From a virus: DNA of 64,000 nt. Below the pieces are notes generated by a model. The model searched no databases. It saw nothing but the letters and a program-made list of their open reading frames with translations, and was not told where the DNA came from. Shown in pieces: positions 9,314 to 18,302 of this stretch (the stretch's first letter is position 1; every line of letters starts with the position of its first letter). Where the stretch lies: positions 1,293 through 65,292 of the IMG/VR virus record IMGVR_UViG_3300021399_000164. One strand, 5' to 3'. Both the position numbers and the translations under genes were made by a program.

Positions 9314-9515
9314 CGTATAATAATTTTTTGTAATTATCTTTGTAATACTTTGTTGTAGCGTCTGCGATTGCGAGAGCATCAATCGGCTCTCGCTTTGCAA
9401 GGTACAACTTATACAATTCCCATGTGCGTTTTTCCCAGTCTATTTCGTGCTGGTCACACATCTTGCGGTTTATGGATTGCACCGCATTCATTGTTTGCAT
9501 TTCAATGTTATTCAT
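9306..9515 (-). CDS. hypothetical protein
   Basis: 69 aa, IDWEKR motif, operon-packed. Confidence 0.6.
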   Translation of the reverse strand: MNNIEMQTMNAVQSINRKMCDQHEIDWEKRTWELYKLYLAKREPIDALAIADATTKYYKDNYKKLLYDE

Positions 9516-9517
9516 AA

Positions 9518-9754
9518 TTATGTTGTTACTAAGTTAATATCAGGTGTTTCGATAACAGCACCGAATCTTGTAATCGGTCTGATTCTGTATCCGAACTTAA
9601 ATTCGGACACATCTATCAGTCCGTTTTCGGTCTGGACTTTGCATTCGTTGCGTTTGCAGAATGCCTTTATCTCTCGTTCTGACATAATCGTCACCATCTT
9701 CCCGTTAGGGAATGTTGCAACTACCTTGTAGCGGTCTTCCATTGTGTTTAGCAT
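9518..9754 (-). CDS. hypothetical protein
   Basis: 78 aa ORF in operon. Confidence 0.6.
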   Translation of the reverse strand: MLNTMEDRYKVVATFPNGKMVTIMSEREIKAFCKRNECKVQTENGLIDVSEFKFGYRIRPITRFGAVIETPDINLVTT

Positions 9755-9993
9755 ATCTTATTTGATTTGATTAAAGTTTTTAGTATTGCTTTATTTCGTT
9801 CCTGATTTTCCCAATTAACTCTTCTGGGGAAGTTGCATATATATATTTTATTTATATGTCCCCATTTCGGATTATAACTGAAATGTGCTTCAAACCATTT
9901 TCTAACTGTCGTAAAAGAAAACGATTTTGTGTCCGTCTATGTTTTCAGTAAAACATTTGTTTGGACTAGATAATGCTTCGTTTAATAGTTCTA

Positions 9994-10590
9994 TCATATG
10001 TTTAAGTCTTTAAATATATCTTCAATGTCGTTACAATTGTCAATATCAGGGAAATCAATCCCCAAAGAATCCGCAAAAGCGATAGCATCATCGGTTTCAT
10101 CAAAGAGGAAGAATCCTTTGCTTGATATGTTCAGCCATTGTGGCGATGTTCCGTAACCACCACCTCCAGTACGAATACGAATCCAATCGTTTTCAGGTGT
10201 GCCCTCAATCTCAATGAGTAAGCAATCCCATTGTCCGATACGACCTGCATCACCGTCAGCGCCATTGCCCTTGGCAAGGACTTTGTATGTAGCGGTGTTG
10301 TTTATCCAACCACCTATCCATCCATTGCCACGGCGTGTGTATCTTCCTTTAGATGAAAGCAACAAATAAACTTTGTTGTCGTTTAACTTGTTTATTCTTG
10401 GACGCCCTGATTTTGTCAGTCCTATGGTGTAATCGAAGTTACATCCACGGGTCAGTTCGCAATCAACAGGACAAGCAAGTCTTATTTCCTTGCGTCCACG
10501 CCCGTTTTCACCGACACAAATTTGATTCAATGTGCCAAACTCCATTTCCTTTGACTCGGCACTAAGCCTTGATACATTAGTAAAAATCAT
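9994..10590 (-). CDS. hypothetical Gly-rich protein
   Basis: 198 aa ORF, GADGDAGRIGQW motif. Confidence 0.7.
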   Translation of the reverse strand: MIFTNVSRLSAESKEMEFGTLNQICVGENGRGRKEIRLACPVDCELTRGCNFDYTIGLTKSGRPRINKLNDNKVYLLLSSKGRYTRRGNGWIGGWINNTATYKVLAKGNGADGDAGRIGQWDCLLIEIEGTPENDWIRIRTGGGGYGTSPQWLNISSKGFFLFDETDDAIAFADSLGIDFPDIDNCNDIEDIFKDLNI

Positions 10591-10621
10591 AGATAAGAAA
10601 ATTTTAAAAGTTATTTATTAT

Positions 10622-10822
10622 TTATTTAAAAGAAAGATAATAATCCGCTTCCTTTGCGATACGTTTTGCCCACTCATAAAACTCGGGGGCAAGGTCACGA
10701 CCATCGCAATCATCCAAAGGTTCATAGCCTTCTTCTTGGGTGTATTCGTATCGTTCCATTATTTGACGAGCCGATTTTAAGATGCTTTCAAACTGCTTTA
10801 CATCTCCATAAATTGTTGCCAT
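10622..10822 (-). CDS. hypothetical protein
   Basis: 66 aa, AAAACTATG start. Confidence 0.6.
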   Translation of the reverse strand: MATIYGDVKQFESILKSARQIMERYEYTQEEGYEPLDDCDGRDLAPEFYEWAKRIAKEADYYLSFK

Positions 10823-10842
10823 AGTTTTGTTGCGTTTTGAAG

Positions 10843-10879
10843 TTCCACGGCAAGTGATAGTGAACTTTGCCGTGGAACG
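10843..10879. terminator. intergenic stem-loop
   Basis: GTTCCACGGCAA...TTGCCGTGGAAC 12-bp inverted repeat. Confidence 0.5.
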
Positions 10880-10887
10880 TGTTAAAC

Positions 10888-11172
10888 TTACTTTACCATC
10901 TCGGAATCACAAAGAAGAACGTTGCCGACAATTATATCAGTCACTCCTCTTTTCTGAAAGATAAGCGAAAGACAGTTTGTAGCAAGTGCATTGACTGGGA
11001 GACCCAACAATTTTCCTTCTTCATTAACAACCATAATCTGACCATTATGCAGTTCTACGATTTCGATATGTCCACCTACAAATCCTCTTAGCTCCTCCAG
11101 AGAGAAGTCTGTTCCGTTCTTAGGTGTGACGTCTATTACGTCTAAATTTGTCTTTAAAAGTTTTGCTTTCAT
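10888..11172 (-). CDS. DUF3846-like protein
   Basis: LEELRGFVGGHIE, VVNEEGKLLGLPVN..AT, IVGNVLLC. Confidence 0.75.
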   Translation of the reverse strand: MKAKLLKTNLDVIDVTPKNGTDFSLEELRGFVGGHIEIVELHNGQIMVVNEEGKLLGLPVNALATNCLSLIFQKRGVTDIIVGNVLLCDSEMVK

Positions 11173-11224
11173 AATCATTGTTTTGTTTGTGGGTGACGGA
11201 AGAACCGCCACCCTGTTTAATAAA

Positions 11225-11386
11225 CTATCGGAGCATCATTGCCAGACGTGCTGGAATGACTTTGTTCATGTTGCAAGCATTGCAACAAACTCCGTTTGCT
11301 TTCACTGGCGTGGGATTGTTCCCGAATCCCCTAATAATCTGCTTTCCACAGATACAACACTTTCTTTCTTTCATAATTGTTTCCAT
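11225..11386 (-). CDS. small Zn-finger protein
   Basis: CCICG...GNNP...CCNACN; start moved downstream of the promoter. Confidence 0.65.
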   Translation of the reverse strand: METIMKERKCCICGKQIIRGFGNNPTPVKANGVCCNACNMNKVIPARLAMMLR

Positions 11387-11410
11387 AATAATTGTGATTT
11401 TGTTTTTCGT

Positions 11411-11444
11411 TGCAAAGTTAAGTAATAATTTTGAATACGTAAAA
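11411..11444 (-). promoter_or_regulatory. Bacteroidetes-type promoter, variant box
   Basis: Minus strand TTTTACGTATTCAAAA-N8-TAACTTTGCA. Confidence 0.7.
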
Positions 11445-11510
11445 TAATTTGTAGAAAAATCTTTACTTTTAAGAATTATTAACAAATATAAATAATATAC
11501 ACATATGATT

Positions 11511-12320
11511 TCAAGATAGAATAGAACGTCTGATGGATTTAATTGCACTTGACAATTTCAATTGGAATTGTAAGTCAGTCAGTCCAGCCAAATCCCACTT
11601 TAAGAACAATTTCCCAGTTCCGTCCATATCCTTGAAATCAACCATCAGTTGACGAATTTGACTTCTTACGTCAACTTTTGTGTTGATTTCATTCCACGTC
11701 CATTCTTCGGGATTATCGCTTTGTGTCGCATCAGGAAACACTTTACGGAATATTTTCATGAGTGCCTGTGTATCACGGTTTTCCTGAAAGTGTCTCTTCA
11801 TTGTGTTTCCACGTTTAGCCCCTTCTTCCTTGAGCTGTTCGTGGCTCTTGGCAGCTCTTGCAGCTTGCCACTTTTCGGTAGCACCACCCAGCTTGCATCC
11901 CTGACGTTTTTTCTCATCCAAGGCTTTCTTTGTGCGGTCGCTACACAACTCCCTTTCATACTGTGCTACCGAGGCGAACACTCCCAAAATCATTGTGTTC
12001 ACCTGTGGCATGTCGCAGAAGTGAATGTCAATGCCAGTGTTGATTACCTTAAAGGTAAATTCAACATCACGGGCAAGTCTGTCTAACTTGGCGATGACCA
12101 ATGGGATGTCTTTCTTGGAACAATATTCAATTGCTGTCCAAAGACCTTTGCGGTCTCGGTGTGTTCCAGATTCAACATCCGTAAATTCAGCAACCATCTC
12201 GCCGTTGTTGTGTGCTATAAAATCAGCACACATTTTTCTCTGGGCATCCAATCCCAATCCAGTAGCTCCTTGTTTCTGTGTAGAAACTCGAAGATATGTT
12301 ACATATTTTTTCTTTTCCAT
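11511..12320 (-). CDS. serine recombinase (resolvase/invertase family)
   Basis: YLRVST.KQ, DVESG, KLDRLAR, AQYERE...RTK.AL. Confidence 0.92.
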   Translation of the reverse strand: MEKKKYVTYLRVSTQKQGATGLGLDAQRKMCADFIAHNNGEMVAEFTDVESGTHRDRKGLWTAIEYCSKKDIPLVIAKLDRLARDVEFTFKVINTGIDIHFCDMPQVNTMILGVFASVAQYERELCSDRTKKALDEKKRQGCKLGGATEKWQAARAAKSHEQLKEEGAKRGNTMKRHFQENRDTQALMKIFRKVFPDATQSDNPEEWTWNEINTKVDVRSQIRQLMVDFKDMDGTGKLFLKWDLAGLTDLQFQLKLSSAIKSIRRSILS

Positions 12321-12342
12321 ATTTTAATTATAATTTATAAGA

Positions 12343-12627
12343 TTAGATTTCGTCTTCGTCTATTTCAAACTGAGAAAGGTATGTGTCAACGGCTTCAAAA
12401 GCCAATCGACCAACTTCTTCTGCTCCGCATACTTTATAGCATGCGTTCATGGCCTTGTCAAGGGCCACAGCATCTTCAAACGAGTATTGCCAGTCTGCGC
12501 CTTCAAAAGCAGCCCATACGAATGCTTCATCAGGTGCCCATACTAAGTTCAAATCTTCTGTTATGTACTTAAAGAATGCTTTCACATCTTCAATTGTCTC
12601 GATTTTGTTAATTTCAATTTTTTTCAT
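12343..12627 (-). CDS. hypothetical protein
   Basis: Start moved to MKKIEIN after an A-rich leader. Confidence 0.65.
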   Translation of the reverse strand: MKKIEINKIETIEDVKAFFKYITEDLNLVWAPDEAFVWAAFEGADWQYSFEDAVALDKAMNACYKVCGAEEVGRLAFEAVDTYLSQFEIDEDEI

Positions 12628-12785
12628 TTTTTCTCTATTATTAGATATTAATAACTTAATGCCCGTCATGCCGATAGCTCAGCAATCTTTTCTTATTCCT
12701 TAGGTTACTTACGCCAGCCACCGCCAAGGTAGTAGAAAATCATTCCGAAAAATATTATAAAACTCATACTGAAAAAAATTATTAG

Positions 12786-13067
12786 TTAAACAATCATCTG
12801 ATGTTCTTCTTTGTTTTTCTTTACCCATTCAGCGACTTGATTTTCAGATACATCATGATAAACATTCTTTGTAGCCACAATCACATTGAATAAATCAACA
12901 TAAACATCGTGTTGCCATATAATGTATTTCACGTATAACTCTGGTTTAACGCATCTTCTTAACCAATCGTTGTAATCAGCAATTCTTTCTTCAAGTGGTC
13001 TTGACGTGTCACCATACAAGACAGCATCCTTAATTTTTTGGATGTCTTCAAAAATCCATTTTCCCAT
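12786..13067 (-). CDS. hypothetical protein
   Basis: 93 aa ORF. Confidence 0.6.
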   Translation of the reverse strand: MGKWIFEDIQKIKDAVLYGDTSRPLEERIADYNDWLRRCVKPELYVKYIIWQHDVYVDLFNVIVATKNVYHDVSENQVAEWVKKNKEEHQMIV

Positions 13068-13262
13068 TTTTTAAATATTTTATTTGTTAATAATAATTTG
13101 CCCGTCAAGTCTGATAGCACATCTGTTCAACCACCGCTTTCAAATTTAGGCTATTGCCAAGGCACATTTTCAAAGGTTGGTTACGTACCGCAAATACAAG
13201 CCTTTTTTTGTGGGCGCAATCCTCATCAAAGGGTAGGCTCAAAGACCGTTGCGCCCTGTCTT

Positions 13263-13655
13263 TTATGCAGTTTCAGAAAGCCATTTGTCAACTTTAGAAT
13301 TATATTCTTCGTCTGACCAAGATGGGTCACGTTCAATCATACCATCAATGGTATCAGTCAACATATCACAATAGACATCATCAATATGTTTCTTGACAAC
13401 TATCACCATCTTATCTTTGTTTTCAACTGTAAAAAGCTCGTAAGTGTCAGTCCTTTCGTTGAGTGCAACGAACACCCATCCTTGATGAATGAATCCGTTC
13501 ACTAACAATCCGAGAGCTGGCATCTCGTTTACATAAACACAAATAATTTTTGATATTCCCCAGCTTGTTGCAATTCGCTGATTGATTTGGCAAAGTGAAA
13601 TCATTGCGACGTGCTTTGCGTACTCGTCACCTTTTCTGATTCTAATTGTTTCCAT
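13263..13655 (-). CDS. hypothetical phage protein
   Basis: Start moved to METIRIR after an A-rich leader. Confidence 0.7.
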   Translation of the reverse strand: METIRIRKGDEYAKHVAMISLCQINQRIATSWGISKIICVYVNEMPALGLLVNGFIHQGWVFVALNERTDTYELFTVENKDKMVIVVKKHIDDVYCDMLTDTIDGMIERDPSWSDEEYNSKVDKWLSETA

Positions 13656-13669
13656 AATGTTTTGTTTTT

Positions 13670-13933
13670 TTATTTTAAATGATTTATTCTTACGTAATAT
13701 AGAAAACTTAATGTCGGACTTACCGAATAGCACCGAGCCGACTTTATTGTAAAGATGTCGCCAACTTTATAACGTTTGTAGTTATAGTTGGCGGCGTTTA
13801 GACCTATCACGAATGCACGCCCCTGAGAGTCTTCACATATCAAGGACTCAAATTCATTGCCTTGCTCGTCAAATCCTGTTTGAATTTCTTTGACGAGCAA
13901 GACGAGATTGGTTACTTTTTTTGTTGTCTTCAT
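13670..13933 (-). CDS. hypothetical protein
   Basis: 87 aa ORF. Confidence 0.6.
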   Translation of the reverse strand: MKTTKKVTNLVLLVKEIQTGFDEQGNEFESLICEDSQGRAFVIGLNAANYNYKRYKVGDIFTIKSARCYSVSPTLSFLYYVRINHLK

Positions 13934-13937
13934 TTTT

Positions 13938-14234
13938 TTATTGGAGAATCTTTCCGATTTTAGCTGATGTCAAAATTGCGATGTCGTTGGCCTCGCTTAT
14001 TCTTTGCTTTTGCTCCGCCGTCTTCGCAAAGATATACCTGATGTCAGCACTCTCAATCCAGTGGTCAAGCATCCTCTTGATGAAGGCGGCCTCCATTCTT
14101 CTGAGTTTGACTTCCTTTTTTTGTTTGTTCTTAATTGCTTGCTTTGCAATTGTTATCTTTCCCATTGCTTTGGTTATAGATTCAATCATTGGTTGGTATG
14201 CAATTTCTTCCGTTAAATCGTCCAAGATTACCAA
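13938..14234 (-). CDS. hypothetical basic protein; 5' end possibly frameshifted
   Basis: The best-context ATG (14253) is one base out of frame at an AAAA run. Confidence 0.5.
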   Translation of the reverse strand: MVILDDLTEEIAYQPMIESITKAMGKITIAKQAIKNKQKKEVKLRRMEAAFIKRMLDHWIESADIRYIFAKTAEQKQRISEANDIAILTSAKIGKILQ

Positions 14235-14260
14235 CGCTTCTTCTAATTTTCATAATGAAT

Positions 14261-14647
14261 TTAAATTTTAACGATTCCCAATATTATGTTTCTTTGCCGC
14301 CCGAGCTTCGTCAACAGATTCACGCACGACTGATTGTCGCCAGCATTGTAATAAGAGACAGCACGATTCACCACTTCGTCATCCGTGCCCAATGAATCGC
14401 ACCAGCGTTTTGCAGATTCCTGTGCCATTTTCTTTTCGTCTTCTGTTTCGCAAGCCGAAAGTCTGGAAGCGTGAATCATAGACTCACACACTTCGCCATC
14501 GGAGAAAGAATATTTCACTCCCCAACAGCCGTGGGCGATGTAGTTTGTTATTACTCCGAAAGTGTTCACCTTTTTGCCAGCATCTGGCTGATAACATTTT
14601 TCTGCCTCAAACTTAACTGGCAGACCAATCATTGACTTTGTTTCCAT
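14261..14647 (-). CDS. hypothetical protein
   Basis: 128 aa ORF. Confidence 0.65.
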   Translation of the reverse strand: METKSMIGLPVKFEAEKCYQPDAGKKVNTFGVITNYIAHGCWGVKYSFSDGEVCESMIHASRLSACETEDEKKMAQESAKRWCDSLGTDDEVVNRAVSYYNAGDNQSCVNLLTKLGRQRNIILGIVKI

Positions 14648-14917
14648 AAAATATATTTAGTATTTATTTATTAATTTAATTAATTATTAATTATTAGAAT
14701 CTGCGTTTGTATGAAGTGCGACGCCATTTGTCGCACTCCTGACAGTTCTTGACCAGTCCCCAAATGAGGACTGTCGCAGACGTTATAGCAATTACGATAT
14801 CCATAGAAAAAACAAGTTTGTTAGAATGAACGAAATTGTTATTAATACGAGCTGTGCTGGGGTCTTTTCCCCATCACGAAAAAGGTTAAGAATCGTTTTC
14901 ATAATGATATGTTTTTG

Positions 14918-15094
14918 TTAGTTGAACGAAATAATGTTGTTAACTGTGTGGCACCAGGCTCCGAAACAGAACCTTGTCACGTCGGCAAATCTAGCTGACC
15001 GCCACGAATAAGCGGTCTTGCATACATCCGCTATGAAAAACGGAAATAACAAAACGTATGCAATAATAGTTATAATGTTTGTCAGAACTTTCAT
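14918..15094 (-). CDS. small hydrophobic protein (not in ORF track)
   Basis: MKVLTNIITIIAYVLLFPFFIA..., 58 aa, ACAAAAATG context. Confidence 0.5.
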   Translation of the reverse strand: MKVLTNIITIIAYVLLFPFFIADVCKTAYSWRSARFADVTRFCFGAWCHTVNNIISFN

Positions 15095-15157
15095 TTTTGT
15101 TTTTTGTGTTTGTGGGCGACTGACAAGCAGCCGCCCGATGATAGTGATTTTTCGGTG

Positions 15158-15325
15158 TTATACACCGTAGAACTTACAAATGTCTTCCGTTGAACCGTAC
15201 TTTGTCACGTACTCCTCAAGAGCACGGAACTCGTTGATTAACATTTCACGAGTTTCTTCGTCCATATAGATGTTGTTAACTACTTCGTAATCAATCTCAA
15301 TAGCTCTAGCAATTTTCTGTGCCAT
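15158..15325 (-). CDS. small acidic protein (not in ORF track)
   Basis: MAQKIARAIEIDYEVVNNIY..., 55 aa. Confidence 0.6.
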   Translation of the reverse strand: MAQKIARAIEIDYEVVNNIYMDEETREMLINEFRALEEYVTKYGSTEDICKFYGV

Positions 15326-15370
15326 TTTCTTATACCCTTGTACGTGTCGGGCGCAACGTTTTGTTATTAA

Positions 15371-16192
15371 TTATTTATTAGTAAATACTTTCTTTATGAG
15401 TTCGTCTGCATCAATGCAGTTGTATGCGTCATTGATGCCAAGCACATAGTCAGGTTTCAACTGTGGTAGGTTTTTCTTTATGAGATTCCTTACCACGTTG
15501 TTGTCGTATTGTGCGCTGCCATATCCGTGACCGAAAGACGAGCGAACACCCACGGTCACCTCTTGCCAACGGAACCCGTGCCGCCGCATCATAGCGGGGT
15601 TTACCAAAGGATAAGCGCATTTCAATAAGTTGAAATACTGACCGCTGTCCTTTATCTTTACAACTGGCATGATGTGTTGCCCTTTTGAATATGAGCAGTC
15701 ACATACGTATAAGTTTATCCTAATTCCGTTTTTCTGCTCAAGCTTGTAGAGTGCTTGTAACATCTTAAACGATGCCTGTGCCAAAGCCGTAGAAGACCAA
15801 CCGCCGTTTGCGCTGATGTTGTACACGACTGTTAGCACCTTCGCTTTCTGCTGAACGGTTACATTTCGCATCATATTGCGTGGACTACCAGCAAGGTATG
15901 CTGGTACGCAAGGAGCGTAGCCCGCATAACTCAGAATTTGTTTTTGCTTGCTTTGTGGCTTTACCGATTGAATCGGTTTGCCGTTGGTGGTCCCCTGCTG
16001 AATCTTTTTGGCGGCATCAGCGTCGCCAAACATCATCAGGGTTTGGGCATCATCCCATGTGCGGGTGCCAGCCCAACCTGATTCAGATGTTTTCAACGCT
16101 GACTCTCCTAAGAACGCCTTTTGCGTTTTTGCGTTCTTCAGGTACTCCCCGAATTCATTCAGGGAGTTGTATTTTAAAACTATATCTTTCAT
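15371..16192 (-). CDS. VWA-like partner of MoxR ATPase
   Basis: G.APCVPAYLAGSP..M, degenerate MIDAS (VYNISANG), P.MMRR; adjacent to the AAA+ gene. Confidence 0.65.
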   Translation of the reverse strand: MKDIVLKYNSLNEFGEYLKNAKTQKAFLGESALKTSESGWAGTRTWDDAQTLMMFGDADAAKKIQQGTTNGKPIQSVKPQSKQKQILSYAGYAPCVPAYLAGSPRNMMRNVTVQQKAKVLTVVYNISANGGWSSTALAQASFKMLQALYKLEQKNGIRINLYVCDCSYSKGQHIMPVVKIKDSGQYFNLLKCAYPLVNPAMMRRHGFRWQEVTVGVRSSFGHGYGSAQYDNNVVRNLIKKNLPQLKPDYVLGINDAYNCIDADELIKKVFTNK

Positions 16193-16206
16193 TGTCGGTT
16201 TGTTTT

Positions 16207-17337
16207 TTAACGATATACTTCAACACCGTTCTTGTATATTTTGGTCAATGCTTGCAACCACTTATTCTCGGGATGTGTCGCAAAGTCAAGATTAAGACCA
16301 TTACACATCATCCGTACCTCATCGGTGGATTTCTCTTTTAGCACAGATGATATAATGTTTTCTTCAATCGGCTCGCCTATCTCTTGGCCTTCAACCAAGT
16401 GATTTATATTTCGGTATGAGAGTATTTGAGAAACGCCGTTGCGCTTTGCAGACTCACGAAGCAAGTGTATAAAATCAACAAGCTGCTTGTCACCTTTCGC
16501 ACACTTGAGCTCAATACGCTCATCGTAATCAACGAAAATATATTTGAAACGATTGAGTGTGCTAGCGTCAATCATATTAGACGCTGTGTACTCTTCCGTG
16601 GCTCCAGTGCCGCCAGAGTTACCTGCGCCAATTACCCTGAAATCGGGGTGGGCTTCAACCATACCCTCGACAGGAAAAGAGAAACACCGCTGAGCCATAG
16701 CACCGTTAAACGCTTTCAGTGCGTTCTCGTTGGAGCAGTCCATTTCGTCAAACAGCAGCAAACCGCCGTGTTTCATTGACTTGTAGAAATCATTTTCCAC
16801 TAAACGGCCTTCAGCGTCTGCAAAGCCTTTGAGCTCAAATACATCACTAACTTTGCAAATCATGTAAAACGGCAAGCCTAACGCTTGCGCAGTTTGTTTC
16901 GCCAATTCGCTTTTGCCAGTACCCGACGGGCCCCACAAATACGGGGCGATTCCCTTCTTAACCATTTTGCAAAGCATATCAAACTTCTTGTGTCTGACGG
17001 GCTCATCTGTGTTCACGATTTGCACGGCGGGTTCTTCAACCTGAGGCTGTTCCTGTTCAACGTTTTCAGGTTCAGGTTGCGGTTTCGGTGTACGTGGCTT
17101 GCGTGGGCCACGTCCTCTGTGCTCTGCTTTCCATCCGCAAATAACCGTCAATAACGGGCATCCGTTTTCGTTTTCAGTCACACCGTCCCAATATAATTGG
17201 GTGTAGGTGTTAAAAAAACGGCGGCCTGGCTTGCTTCCGTCAGGTCTAAAAACCACTTTCCCGTCAGGGGTCACGCCCCTGAAATTAGTGTTCAACTCGA
17301 TTCTTTGTCCGCTTGTTGTGTTTGTTAAGATAACCAT
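16207..17337 (-). CDS. MoxR/CbbQ-like AAA+ ATPase
   Basis: Walker A GPSGTGKS, Walker B LLFDEMD, AHPDFRVIGAGN, D.STLNRF. Confidence 0.9.
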   Translation of the reverse strand: MVILTNTTSGQRIELNTNFRGVTPDGKVVFRPDGSKPGRRFFNTYTQLYWDGVTENENGCPLLTVICGWKAEHRGRGPRKPRTPKPQPEPENVEQEQPQVEEPAVQIVNTDEPVRHKKFDMLCKMVKKGIAPYLWGPSGTGKSELAKQTAQALGLPFYMICKVSDVFELKGFADAEGRLVENDFYKSMKHGGLLLFDEMDCSNENALKAFNGAMAQRCFSFPVEGMVEAHPDFRVIGAGNSGGTGATEEYTASNMIDASTLNRFKYIFVDYDERIELKCAKGDKQLVDFIHLLRESAKRNGVSQILSYRNINHLVEGQEIGEPIEENIISSVLKEKSTDEVRMMCNGLNLDFATHPENKWLQALTKIYKNGVEVYR

Positions 17338-17377
17338 AGTGCTTTAATTTTAGAAATTAATAAATGAATAAAAAAAC

Positions 17378-17478
17378 TTGAAGGAAAGGGCGGAATCGAA
17401 CCGCCCGTAATCAAGCAGCCAGCAAACGAAATTGCTCGGCCACCGTTACGTTGCGCCACAGCACATTGCAACTCTCCC
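17378..17478 (-). ncRNA. tRNA-like element with extended anticodon arm
   Basis: Acceptor GGGAGAG/CTTTCCT, D-like TTGC/GCAA, long CGTAA..TTACG arm, T-arm GGCGG TTCGATT CCGCC. Confidence 0.6.
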
Positions 17479-18302
17479 ACCTGATGGCTAGTCAGGTTAT
17501 AGCCAACTATCTTATCTCATAGGCAAATCGTTTTTAAATTAATAACTAGTTAGCAAACACCAATTGGAAAAACAACCCGTCCGCTTGCCGCTCCCTGACT
17601 GTTCACCCAATCAGGAAAGCGGCAAGCAAGGTACGTATGTTGCACACACCAAAACCGAAATGAAAATCAGTTGTAAGGTGTGGAGCAACGGCCCCCGTAC
17701 CTTTGTGCCCTCTTTGCTTAATCGGTTTGTCAGGCGGCAAACGAAAGCAACCGCAAATAAAACGCTTTCGTTTCAGGTTGCAACCTGATTGCAAACCGAT
17801 TGGCCCGCAAAGTTTTCTGGTCCGCCGTTTCTTTTTCATCAATCGTTATTCGCTTTCACTTATTGATTTGTTCTGCTTTCAGATGTTTCTCAAATTGTCA
17901 AGCTCGCTTGAAGTGGCCGCGCTGTCACAGCGCTATCGACTAGCAAAGCCTTAAATGAGCTAACAACGGGTTGTCAGCAGAACAAAAGCCGTAAACTACT
18001 CACTTTGGCGCAATGATTAAATTGCAGAAACGGGCCTTTGTTTGATATCCCATATTTCAAAGCGCGGCTTGCTTGCTTTCGCTTGCTTGCTTATTTGCGC
18101 TCGCTGTCAGGTGTCAACCTGAGTGACTGACTATCGACTTAAAATAAAATAGACTGATTTGCACTTTGCTAAAATCAACCTGATTAAATCAAACCCGCAC
18201 TTTTGCAAAGGTTTTAGTCAGGCACAAAAATTTATCTTTAACAGCGTACCGATTTGCCACCGCTGTGGCCGGGCATCAGGTTTTTCTAAACCTGATAAAA
18301 AT
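17479..18302 (-). ncRNA. candidate large structured non-coding RNA
   Basis: No credible ORF; several perfect 8-11 bp local and long-range helices; bracketed by tRNA-like elements. Confidence 0.55.

Noticed and set aside
14946-15006. Possible fourth tRNA-like three-way junction
   Set aside because: No canonical T-loop, and it lies inside a plausible 58-aa ORF (14918-15094).
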